From positions 62,001-126,000 of the forward strand of contig JAPMXV010000069.1 of NCBI GenBank assembly GCA_026936335.1: 64,000 nucleotides of DNA, written 5' to 3'. Under the pieces are notes generated by a model, which had not been told where the DNA came from, did no database searches, and was given only the letters and a program-made list of their open reading frames with translations. Position numbers and translations under genes: made by a program. This stretch comes from Mantamonas sphyraenae STR306 (taxonomy: Eukaryota; Protista; CRuMs). Shown here piece after piece: positions 47,946 through 58,325 of this stretch; the first letter of the stretch is position 1, and each line of letters starts with the position of its first letter.

Positions 47946-49880
47946 TCACTTGACGCGGATCTGACGCAGCATGATGTAGGAAATGAAACGGAAGAACAGC
48001 ACATTGGCTGCCAGAATGAGAAAGTTGGTGGGCAGATCTGTGCGAATGCCGTCGACAATGCGGTTCAGCACCTTTTCGCCCGCCTCGAAGCAGTTGATGT
48101 CATTGGAGACCAACACTTGCTTGATGCTGGGCGAGAGGTTGGACAGAGGCAAGGCAATGGCCGTCTGGTTGACTGCAAACGGGACGTTGATGATGGACAG
48201 CGGAAAGTCCAGGTTGGTTTCGCAGGGAATGTTGCGACCGACAAACTGCGTCAAAGAAATGCTCTCGTACGCGTACTTGAAGTAGTTGCTCCAATACACC
48301 CACACAAACCACACAGGGGTGTTTTCCAGAGACAGGAAGTACCCATTGAACTGCATGAGGAGCGTGAGAAAGATGGTCAACACCACATTGGCTGCCTCCA
48401 TGGATGACACCGTGGCGGCACAGGCAATGGCCACACCCGCACTGGCTTCCATTGTCAACCAGATGGCCAGGATGAACACCACCAAGGCGTAGGCGTCGTC
48501 CTTGTACCCGATCATGTAGTAGCAAATGATACTGTACACCGTCGCATACAGCAGGTTGTACGGTATCTGCACAGTGAGCATGGCTGACACAAAGGGACCG
48601 ACTGTGTAGGCACCTGCAGCACGCTCGCGGATGAACACGGCGCGGAGAGCGGGAAACACAGTGATGGCGGCAAACGCAGGCACAAACGAGGCGTTGAGGA
48701 TGATGAAGAAGAAGGAGGAGGTGACGTCGCGCGCACTCTTGGTGGTCAACGACAATTGCCAGTAGCAGAGGCCAGTAATGACGGCGAGGACAACGTTGGC
48801 ACCGATGGCAGACTGGAAATTGAGTGGATCACGCCAGTTGTCGGTGAAGAAGCGCCAGAGGAGCGCACGGTACTGAACCCAGTACGAAGCCGGTTCGGTG
48901 TCCTGCTTGAGATCTTCGATGCTGCCCTTGGGTTGTTGTTCCAAGAGAGATGTGAGTTCTGCGGTGGCCTGTGCGCAGGTGTCACTGCGTTGGTAGGCCT
49001 GCTCCACCTCGTGCACACGGCCTCCCTTGATGACATCCAACATGTGGTCAGCCGGGTTGACAAAGCGACGGATGGCAAAGCCAGCGCCAGTGAATATGGG
49101 AAGGGCGTCTGCTGCGGGGCCAAAATATACTTGGCGACCCTTGTGGAGGAGGAGGAGACGGTCAAATTGTTCAAAGATGGAATGGCGGGGTTGGTGGATG
49201 GTGCACACGGCTGTGGTGTTGCCACGTCGTACAATGGCACTGAGGGTGCTCATGACACTGAGGGCAATGTTCGAGTCCAACCCGGACGTGGGTTCGTCCA
49301 GAAACACCAGCTTGGGTTCGCTGATGAGTTCCGAGCCAATGGTCACACGTCGCTTCTCTCCCCCACTGATGCCTCGTGTGCGTGCGTCGCCCACCCTTGA
49401 TTCGGCCACCTTTTCCATGCCCAACACCTCCAACAGCTCCTGCACACGTGACTTGCGCTGCTTCTCGTCCATCCCCGGCGGCAAGCGCAGCCTTGCATTG
49501 AACTCAAACGTCTCACGCACACTCTGCGAGCCCAGAAGCGCGTCTGTCTGCTTCACGTAGCTTGCCACGTCGCGCATCTCCTCGATGGGAACCGCGTGGC
49601 CGTCCACGCGCACCTCACCGCTCACCTGGCCCTTGTCGAAGCGACCCGAGAGGATGTTGAGGAGGGACGTCTTTCCCGCACCCGATGGACCCATGATGGC
49701 CAGCACCTCGCCCGGACGAGCGAACGCGGACACGTTGTCCAGCACCAACTTGTCCACGGGCGGAATCGGACCAAAGCCCATGGCCTGTCGCACCTTGTCC
49801 GCTCCTTTTAGTTGTTCAATCGCCTCGTCGTTGCTCACAGGCACCGTGAAGGACACGTCGCGGAACGCAAGTGTGGACAT
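47946..49880 (-). CDS. ABCG (White-family) half-transporter 1
   Basis: GPSGAGKT, ISGGEKRR, FLDEPTSGLD, CTIHQP, NPADHMLD, C-terminal TMD with FIRE...GAY. Confidence 0.96.
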   Translation of the reverse strand: MSTLAFRDVSFTVPVSNDEAIEQLKGADKVRQAMGFGPIPPVDKLVLDNVSAFARPGEVLAIMGPSGAGKTSLLNILSGRFDKGQVSGEVRVDGHAVPIEEMRDVASYVKQTDALLGSQSVRETFEFNARLRLPPGMDEKQRKSRVQELLEVLGMEKVAESRVGDARTRGISGGEKRRVTIGSELISEPKLVFLDEPTSGLDSNIALSVMSTLSAIVRRGNTTAVCTIHQPRHSIFEQFDRLLLLHKGRQVYFGPAADALPIFTGAGFAIRRFVNPADHMLDVIKGGRVHEVEQAYQRSDTCAQATAELTSLLEQQPKGSIEDLKQDTEPASYWVQYRALLWRFFTDNWRDPLNFQSAIGANVVLAVITGLCYWQLSLTTKSARDVTSSFFFIILNASFVPAFAAITVFPALRAVFIRERAAGAYTVGPFVSAMLTVQIPYNLLYATVYSIICYYMIGYKDDAYALVVFILAIWLTMEASAGVAIACAATVSSMEAANVVLTIFLTLLMQFNGYFLSLENTPVWFVWVYWSNYFKYAYESISLTQFVGRNIPCETNLDFPLSIINVPFAVNQTAIALPLSNLSPSIKQVLVSNDINCFEAGEKVLNRIVDGIRTDLPTNFLILAANVLFFRFISYIMLRQIRVK

Positions 49881-49958
49881 GTGTTGATGCAGGGCGAAAA
49901 AAAGATTGGGATGGTCCGGGCTGAGACGCGGTGGGAACCACAAGAGAACCCAAAAGAA

Positions 49959-52460
49959 ATGCTCCGCAACGACGAGGAGAACGAATATACGTCTTCAGAC
50001 GCGGGCGAAGAGGAAGAAATGGACGAAGCGGAGACTGTGGGAGTGCCTGCGGAGGACGAGTACACGTCGTCCGACGACGAGGCGGAGGAAGAAAAGGAGG
50101 GGGAAGCGGCCACGTGGACGACGAGCCCGAACAACACCCGCAGTGTGGTGGTGAAGAGCCCTTCCATGCCGTCTTCACGACGCGTGGTGCCCATTTCCAG
50201 CCATATGGAAAGCTATGCCGTGTCATCATCCTCTGCGGATGGCAAGGACATGGAGCGTGAAGAAGCAAGCCTGGCAAAGGCAGACACAAGCCAGGCTTCC
50301 TTCCTGGCCGACCTGCCGCCTCCGGAAACGCTGGCCATGTCGTGTCAGCAACTCACGCACACAGTGAAACTCAAGACACCGTTCTGGAAGAAGAAGAGAG
50401 GCAGACAGTCGTCGAATGATGCGGCGGCGACAACCAAGCGCATCCTGGGGCCTGTGGACGTGTTTCTGCCGCCGGGCAAACTGACGGCCATCATGGGTGC
50501 GTCGGGAGCCGGAAAAACCACGCTTCTGGACGCGTTGACCAACCGATACTCGGAGGGCACGTCGGAAGGGACGGTGCTTGTGGGTGGTCGTCCACGACGC
50601 TCGTGGAAACTCAAGCAGCAGCTTGCGTTTGTCAAGCAGGAGGACTTGTTCATCCCGTCGCAGACGGTGTTTGAAGCCCTGTGGACGCACGCTCGTCTGC
50701 GGCTGCCCAACGACCTGAGCGACGCCAGACGCCTGGAAATCGTACGGGGCGTACTCAAGGTGTTGGATCTCACCGATGCCATGGACACCATGGTGGGCGA
50801 CGAATTCGTCAAGGGGATCTCCGGTGGCGAACTGAAACGACTGGCGATTGCGGCGGAATTGCTGACCAATTTCAGTATTTGTGCACTGGACGAACCCACC
50901 ACCGGGTTGGATGCATCCACGGCGTTGAGTGTGATGGAGGCCATGTTGAGTCTGGCACGTACGGGACGCACGCTGGTGTGCACCATTCACCAGCCTCGCC
51001 TGGAGGTGTTCCAACTCATCGACCATCTGGTGCTCCTCTCACGTGGACGTGTGGTCTACCAGGGCCCAGCCATGGACGCCGTCGCCTACTTTGCCAATCT
51101 GGGTCTGGAATGCCCTCCCACAGAAAACCCTGCTGATTTCCTCCTCGACATCCTCAGCGAGGGTGCAGGCCAGTTGCAGCTCGGCGACCTCAAGCCACAT
51201 GTGCGCATGAGCCAGGAAAAGGACACGGAAGCTGCTCACAACGACGACGACGACAACGGCCACGATGCCATCGATGCCCTGATCGACAACTACCAGCGCA
51301 GCAGCCAGCGTGCAAAGGTGCTGGCGGATATCGAGGCCGACGCACGTAGCCACGGTGGCGGTGACGACAACGATGAGGATGATGGTGAGGTCAACGCTCA
51401 CGAGCAAGAGGAGAGTGGGGCCAATGACAGCAGCACCACGGGGCAACGGGTGCGTCATTGGCTCGGATGGGGACGACACAAGGCACCCTGGTGGGTGCAA
51501 TTTTGGGTGCTCCTCAAACGCGAGTGGCGCAACACATATCGAAACCCGCTCATTCTGGCATCGCTGACGTTTGAGTACCTGTTTTTTGGTCTGTTTGTGG
51601 GTTTCTCGTACTACCAGCTCAACCTGTCGCCTGCAGGCGTGCAAGACCGCATTGCAGTCGTGTTTTGGGTCCTCATGACGGCCATCTTTGTGCCCACCTT
51701 TGCTGTGGTGGTGTATTTCCCCAAAACACGGGCGGTGTTCAATCGCGAGTACGCCTCCGGCATGTACTCCTCCTCTGCGTTCTACCTGGCCGCCACTGTG
51801 GCAACCATTCCGTCTCAACTGGTGCTCATGTTGGTCTTTTGCGGCGTGGTGTACTTGACGGTGGGCCTGCGCGAAGGCGTGGCTACCTTTTTCGAGTTTT
51901 ACGGCCTGGGTGTCATCTCGGCCGAAATGAGCTTTGCTCTGGGACTCACAGTCAGTGCGGCTGCACCCACATTTGAATCGGGCAACGTGTGGGCCACCGT
52001 CGTCACCTTTGTGTTTCTCCTCACCGCAGGCTTTTTCGTTTCGTACGACTCGCTGCCCGACTTTCTCAAGTGGATCACCGTGATCAATCCGTACAAGTAC
52101 ATGTACGACGCGTACATGACGAACCAATTTGGCGGTGTGGCGTTCACGGGCAAGGCGTTCGATCCTGTGGTTGTCAAGTGCAACGTGACGCAGGCGATTG
52201 CCAACGTGGCCGTCAACGTGACCGCAACCTCGGTTGTCGACGGATCCACATTTGTCACACAGACCACCCTGGGCGACATTGTGCCCAGCATGACCTGCAT
52301 TGACAACGTGTTCTTCAGCAACGGCACACAGCTGCTCAAAGAATTCGACTTGGACTCCTTCTCCGTCGCCGAAAACGTCGCCTGGCTGACCATTGTCATC
52401 GGCATTGTGCGCATCGTCGGCTACCTCATTGTGCGCTACGTCAAGATTGGCAAGAGCTGA
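49959..52460 (+). CDS. ABCG (White-family) half-transporter 2
   Basis: GASGAGKT, ISGGELKR, LDEPTTGLD, CTIHQP, ENPADFLLD, C-terminal TMD with FNREYASGMY. Confidence 0.96.
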   Translation: MLRNDEENEYTSSDAGEEEEMDEAETVGVPAEDEYTSSDDEAEEEKEGEAATWTTSPNNTRSVVVKSPSMPSSRRVVPISSHMESYAVSSSSADGKDMEREEASLAKADTSQASFLADLPPPETLAMSCQQLTHTVKLKTPFWKKKRGRQSSNDAAATTKRILGPVDVFLPPGKLTAIMGASGAGKTTLLDALTNRYSEGTSEGTVLVGGRPRRSWKLKQQLAFVKQEDLFIPSQTVFEALWTHARLRLPNDLSDARRLEIVRGVLKVLDLTDAMDTMVGDEFVKGISGGELKRLAIAAELLTNFSICALDEPTTGLDASTALSVMEAMLSLARTGRTLVCTIHQPRLEVFQLIDHLVLLSRGRVVYQGPAMDAVAYFANLGLECPPTENPADFLLDILSEGAGQLQLGDLKPHVRMSQEKDTEAAHNDDDDNGHDAIDALIDNYQRSSQRAKVLADIEADARSHGGGDDNDEDDGEVNAHEQEESGANDSSTTGQRVRHWLGWGRHKAPWWVQFWVLLKREWRNTYRNPLILASLTFEYLFFGLFVGFSYYQLNLSPAGVQDRIAVVFWVLMTAIFVPTFAVVVYFPKTRAVFNREYASGMYSSSAFYLAATVATIPSQLVLMLVFCGVVYLTVGLREGVATFFEFYGLGVISAEMSFALGLTVSAAAPTFESGNVWATVVTFVFLLTAGFFVSYDSLPDFLKWITVINPYKYMYDAYMTNQFGGVAFTGKAFDPVVVKCNVTQAIANVAVNVTATSVVDGSTFVTQTTLGDIVPSMTCIDNVFFSNGTQLLKEFDLDSFSVAENVAWLTIVIGIVRIVGYLIVRYVKIGKS

Positions 52461-52573
52461 CGTGCGTGCGAGACCTGTCGAGAGCAATTGAATCGTTTGT
52501 TTCACCTCTGCCGTCAAACGTTGCGTCTCGGTTCGCTCCTCTCCTCCACATTCCCGCGTTGTGTGATGTCCAC

Positions 52574-55500
52574 TCACTTCTTGAGCTTCTTGCCCGTCTG
52601 CGAGTACTTGTGGCCGTACTTGTTGTACTGGGCCTTGAGCGAAGCCTGGTAGGCGGCGCTCTTGCGGACCTGCGCAAAAATCTTGCGTGCGTACGCCTTG
52701 GAGTCGAGTGCCTCCTTGTACAGGGCGCGGCCCTTGGCGACGTTGGTCAGCTTGTACTTCTTGCACGCAGCCAGCGTCTTGTTGGCCTCGCGGTCGAGCT
52801 TGACGGCGTCGGCGTGCAGCTTCTTGAGCCGCTGGATCTCCTCCGACTTGCCGTTCATGGCCCTCTTGACCTCGCCCACGGCGTTGCGCTCGTCGGTGGT
52901 CATGTATGCCTTGAGTTGCGAGACACCCACGGGCTTCTTGTCCATCTTCTTCTCCTCCGCCGCGTCGGCCGGGGCGTGGATGTGACCGACGGCCTTGGCC
53001 TGGCGAGCGATCTCCTCGGCCTTCTCCTGGGCAATCTGCGCCAGAGACTTCTTCTTGGGCGCAGGCGCAGGCTTCTTGGCCTTGGTCTTGCGGGCCACAA
53101 TCACCTTGGCCACCTTGCGCAACACCTTGCGCACAATCTTGCGGGGGTGCGGCACAAACTTGCGTGCCTTCTTGACAAACTTGGTCAGGCGCTTGCGCAC
53201 AGAGCGCACGACGCGACGCACACGCACACGACGCACAGTGCGCACGACGCGACGCACACGCACGCGACGCACAGTGCGCACGACACGGCGCACACGCACG
53301 CGACGCACAGTGCGCACGGCACGGCGCACCGTGCGGCGCACAGCACGCGTGATGCGACGGAACGCACGGCGGCCCCACATGTCGCGGACCTCCGGGTCGT
53401 TCTCCATGTCGCTCAGGCTGACGTTGACATCCTCGTCGTCGTCGTCCTCGTCGGCGTCGGCGTCCTCCTGCTCGGGCATGGCCGAGGTGGCTGCAAAGTC
53501 GCTGTCCTCCTCTTCCTCGTCGACCTCGGACTCGTCGCCCTCGGAGTAGTCTGTGCTCTCGTCGTCGCTGTCGTCCTCGTCGTCCGAGTCGACCTCAAAC
53601 ATGGCGTCGTAGTCCACCTGCGGCTGGTTCATCAGCTCCTGCTCCGCCTTTTGCAGCGCAGGCAGCGTCAAATCATCCTCGGGGACAAGCTCAGGGTGCA
53701 GCTGCTCCATGGGCGGGATCATGTCCGTGACAAACTCGTCGTACAGGCGAGCCTGCAGGTCGGCGTCGATTTCCTCGTCGCTGTCGTCATCCTGGACCAC
53801 GTTCTCCTGCTCCTGCTGCTGCTTCTGCTGCTGCTGAGCATCGGCCTCGGCATCCTCGTCCTCGATGCGCTTGGCGGCCACCGTGGCAGCAAAGCCGTAC
53901 GGGCGCTTGGCGCAGCCGCAACGGCCGCAGCCGCCACAGCCGCAGCGGCCGTGCATGGTCGACGCAGGCTGCGTGCCTGCAAACACAGGTGCCTTGTACG
54001 GCGCCTTGGCAGACGTGCTCGGGAACATGGGCTGCTTGTACACAGGCACGCGCGTGACCGTGTGGTGCTGCGACACAGGCTTGCTCAGGAAAGGCTTCCA
54101 AGCAGAAGTGGCCGTGGCGTACGCGCCCGTGGCCGTGTACTTGGAGCCCTTCTTGGAGCCGTCGTTGTTGGTGGCCGGGTGCACCGAAGGCGCAGCCGCC
54201 TTGGACGCCTGCAGCTTGGCCAGCTCGGCCAGAGCGCTGGCCACCACCTGGCGCACGTTGCTCTTGGCAGCCTTGCCCTTTTGGGCCAGCGAGGCAAACG
54301 AGGCGCCCAGCTTGCCCAGCTGCGCCTTGGCCTTGCTCTTGAGCGCGTCCAGCTCGGCAGCCAGCTTGTTCTTCAGCAGCGACTTGAGCTGGCTCTTGGA
54401 CAGCTTGCTCAGCTTGGCCTTGGCCTCGCCCAGGTACTTCTTGGCCATGGCCTTGAGCTGGCTCAGCTTCAGGCCCTTGAGTTTCTTCGACAGCAGCGAC
54501 TTGATGCTGCCCAGAGACAGGTTCTTCAGGTCCTTCAGCTGCGGCACCAGCTTGCTCAGCTCCTTCTTGGCCAGCTTGGCCAGGTTCAGCTTCTTGAGCT
54601 TGCCCAGCTCTGCGCCAAGCTTGCTCTTGAGCAGCTTCTTGAGCTCGCCCTTGGACAGCTTGTTCAGCTGCGCCTTGGCCTTGCCCAGGTACTTCTGAGC
54701 CATGGCCTTGAGGCCGTCCTTGTTCAGGCCCTTGAGCTTCTTCGACAGCAGCGCCTTGATCTTGCCGCCAGACAGCTTCTCCAGGTTCTTGAACTCGGGC
54801 GCCAGCTTGGTCAGCTTGTCCTTGGCAATCTTCATCAGGTTGCCCTTGTTGAGCTTGGCCAGCTCCGGACCCAGCTTCTCCTTCAGCAGCTTCTTGAGCT
54901 CACCCTTGGACAGCTTGGACAGCTTGGCCTTGGCCTCGCCCAGGTACTTCTCGGCCATGGCCTTGAGACCCTCCTTGTTCAGGCCCTTGAGCTTGTTCTG
55001 CAGAAACTCCTTGACGTTGCCGTTGGCAAGCGCCTCAAACTCGGGTCCCAGCTTGCCCAGGTGCTTCTCGGCCAGCTTCTTGATCTGATCCTTGGCCATC
55101 TTCTTGAGCTGATCCTTGCCGAACTTGACGGCCTTATCCTTGGCCAGCAGGGCCCAGTCCTTGGGCGCGCTGGGCAGGATGGGCTCCGCCGCAGCCTTGG
55201 CCGCCTCGGCGTCACATCCGGCCTTGACGCAGCCGTCCGCAATCTTGAACGATTTGTCAAACAGGCGCTTGTTCCAGCTGGCAAAGGTCTTGCCCATGAG
55301 GCCGAAGCGCACGCCCAGGTTGCCGCGCACGCCAAAGCGCAGCTGCCAGTAGCTCTTGAAGTACGGCTCCTGCGTCGAGGTCATGGCCGACTCCTTCTCC
55401 GAATCGGCGTCCTCCTGCTCGTCGTCCGACGACGAGTCGTCGCTCAGCGTGCCTGCAAAGTCCTGGACGTCTTCCAGGTTCTCTGCGTTCTCAATGTCCT

Positions 55501-58325
55501 CGGCGCTGGCCAGGATGGCGCGCGTCGACAGCTGTGCCAGCTTGGCGTCCGAAAAGGCGTCGGTCTCGTCGTCGGACGAGTCGCTGCCCTGCAGGTTGCC
55601 GTACGTGCCGCACTGTGCCTTGCCGTTGCCCAGGAACTGCAGGGCAATGTACGGCTCGATGGAAAAGGTGGGACCCGCCGAGTCGTACAGCAGAAAAGCG
55701 ATCTGCGGGCGCATAAACACCTCAAAGTCGAGGTTGGTGCAGGACGAGATGCGGGGCTTGAGGATCTTCTTCTTCCAGTAGGGCTTCCACACGGGGCGGA
55801 ACTTGCCCTTGTACTCGAGACCGACCTCGAGACCAGCCTTGAGCTCGATGCCTGTGCGCACGACGAGGGCGGACACAACCTTGAGGTCGTAGCCTGCAAA
55901 CAGCTCGAGGCGGCAGGTGATGATGACGGGCACGGGGCCAATCATAAACTTCCACGTCTTCATGATGGTGGACGCGAGCTTCTTGAGGTGCGACTTCATA
56001 AACTGGCCCTTGAGCTTGCCGAGCACATCGATGACAAATTCCATGTGGCCGCCAACCTTGGCGTTGAGGTACTTGAGCTTGAAGTGCTCAATCTTGCCGT
56101 TGAAGATAAACTCGTGGCGCAGGGAGAACTTGCCGCGCTTGAGGACAACCTCGACGCTGGCGGCGCGTGTTCCTGTCCTTCTTGGAGTAGAAGGTCTTGC
56201 GCATGAGCGTCTTGTTCTGGATGTCCTTGCCGGCGTAGTAGAAGCGCTTGCTCTTGTCCCAGATGAAGGTGCCCATGAGCAGGTTGATGAGGGTCTTGAC
56301 GGTGTCGACCATCTTCTTGACAAAGGTGCGCACGACCTTAAAGGCGACCTTGGAGAACTTCTTGAGCACCTTGGCAAAGGCCTTGAAGCCCTTGGCAAGC
56401 TTCTTCATGGCCTTGCCGATCTTCTTGGCGATGTCCTTGAAACGCGTAAAGATCTTGGCCACCCAGACGGCCTTGGAGGCGAAGCGGGCGACGGCCTTGG
56501 CGACCTTCTTGATGCCGCGCCAGGCCTTCTTGCCGACCTTCTTGATGGTGCGGCCGACACGTCGGGCGACGCGACGCACACCACGCCTGAAACGACGCCA
56601 ACCGCGGCTGAAGGAGCGACGGCGCCAGAAATCCATATCCTGGACCTGGCCGAGGTCGTCGACCTCGTCGTCCTCGTCGTTGTCGTCGTTCATGCGCGAG
56701 TAGACGCGGTTCATCTCGTCGCTAAACTCGTCGGGGTTCTCCACGCTGTAGCGCACCATGTCGTCCATGTTGTCGCGCACGGTGTCGCGCATCTCGTTCA
56801 TGGACTTTTCAATGACGCCGCGCTTGAACTTGAACCACAGCTCGTGCATCTTGTTGGAGGCCTCGAGGTTGGGGCCTACAAAGCGGCTGGAGCTCTTGTC
56901 AACCATGTCCTGGACGCGGTCAAAGGCAGCGTTGACGGCCATGTTGTGGCGGATCTGGGCCTCGGTGATGGTCAGCTCCTTGTGGCGCTGGATGAGGGCC
57001 TCGCGTGCGTCCGAAGGCACTTCGAGATCCTCGACCTCGCCCGTGTCCTCGTCGCGAATGTGGGTAGGCGGGCCGCGGTAGGTGCTTTCCCACTCGGCGT
57101 GCTTGACGGCGTCGAGCATACCGATGCGCTTGGTCTGGAAGGTGGCTTCCTCTTGGGCAAGATCCCACTCGGGGTCGGTGAGGACCTTGTAGAGACCGGA
57201 GTTGAGGGCAAACATGTGGCCCTTGCGGATGTTGTAGTTCACCATAAACTCCTTGGAAGCCATAAAGACACCCATGTCGATCTTGCGGATGCCGTGTGCG
57301 TTGAGGGCAAGGGTGGGCAGCTCCGATGCGTCGTCGACGTCCTCCTCATCCGAGTCGGGAGTGAAGGCGGCGCGGTGCTGCTCCTCGAGGTGAGTGCGCT
57401 CAGCAAACGAGCGCTGCAGCATGGAGATGGGGTCGTTCTCGTCCAGGAGGTTGGTGGGTTCCTTGTGCACCTTGACGTGGTGGTAGTGTTCCTCGGCCAC
57501 CTTGACAAAGTCTGGGTGGACCTCCACGTCACCAATGATCTTGGTGTCCACAGAAGCCTCCTCCTGAATCTCGGGCAGGACGGACGAATCCCAGTCGCCC
57601 AGGGCTTCGATTTCCTCGTCGGTGACCTGAGGAGGGAGGACGGGGTACGAGTGTGTACGGGACGGAGCAGGCGGTCAGGCGTGCACGTGAGGCGAGTGCG
57701 TGTGGGGTAAAGCGAGGGTGAGCGTCGGAGGATGGAACGGCGGGATGCGCAAACGAAAAAAAGCGCAGGGCCGAAAAGAAAACGTACGCCCTGAGCGGGA
57801 ATCACATCGAGGTCATCGAGAACATTGCTGTCCTCAACGGAATCGCTAGCGTGGGTCTCGGCAGGGGCTGCTGCTTCCGCAACATCCGCGCTGTGAAGGG
57901 GAAAACGGGCACGAAAGCGGGCAAATTGGGTGCGCGCCTTGGGTGAGCTTTTTTTCCACGAGAGGGTTTTCGCGCAGCGGGTTTGACCGGCGCTGGACGG
58001 TCAAGGAGATATGGGAGGCGGACGAGACAAGGTGGACTGGACGTGGGGAACACATGCATAGGTGATGGCGAGCAGATGGAGCGAGAAAGGGGTGTGGATG
58101 ACGCGTAGGCGGGCGGCCAAGGAGAGGCGATGCGCGTTTGGCGATGGGCGACGATGGCGACGAAGCGGAAACACGCGCCGGACGCGTAGTGAGAGGCAAA
58201 TGCGAGTGGCGAGAGGGTGCAAAGGGAAGAGACTGGACGGACACAGTGTGCGATACTTACCTGCTGTCCACTGCGGCGGTGAAAGCGACCGTCATCAGCA
58301 GGATGAGAATCAAGGCGGCTTTCAT
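52574..58325 (-). CDS. Large secreted precursor with alternating acidic and highly cationic amphipathic segments; introns 57891-58260, 57627-57787; apparent 1-nt frameshift near 56165
   Basis: Signal peptide MKAALILILLMTVAFTAA. Canonical introns give a continuous frame. Very strong C/G-ending codon bias on both sides of the frameshift. Confidence 0.8.
53200..53320 (-). repeat. Three tandem 36-nt repeats encoding RRVRVRRVVRTV
   Basis: Seen directly in the DNA and in the translation. Confidence 0.9.
54330..54995 (-). repeat. About 2.6 tandem 255-nt (85-aa) Lys/Leu-rich coding repeats
   Basis: ttcaggcccttgag recurs at ~54468, 54723 and 54978 (255-nt period). KLKGL..LKAMA.KYLG.AKA.L.KLSK..LK.LLK.KL repeats. 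Confidence 0.9.

Noticed and set aside
52466-57710. Very long + strand ORFs (1246 aa and 597 aa) antisense to the polyprotein
   Set aside because: Shadow ORFs. The real gene's strong codon bias avoids TTA/CTA/TCA, so the antisense frame lacks stops. The translation is L/G/V-rich with no motifs.
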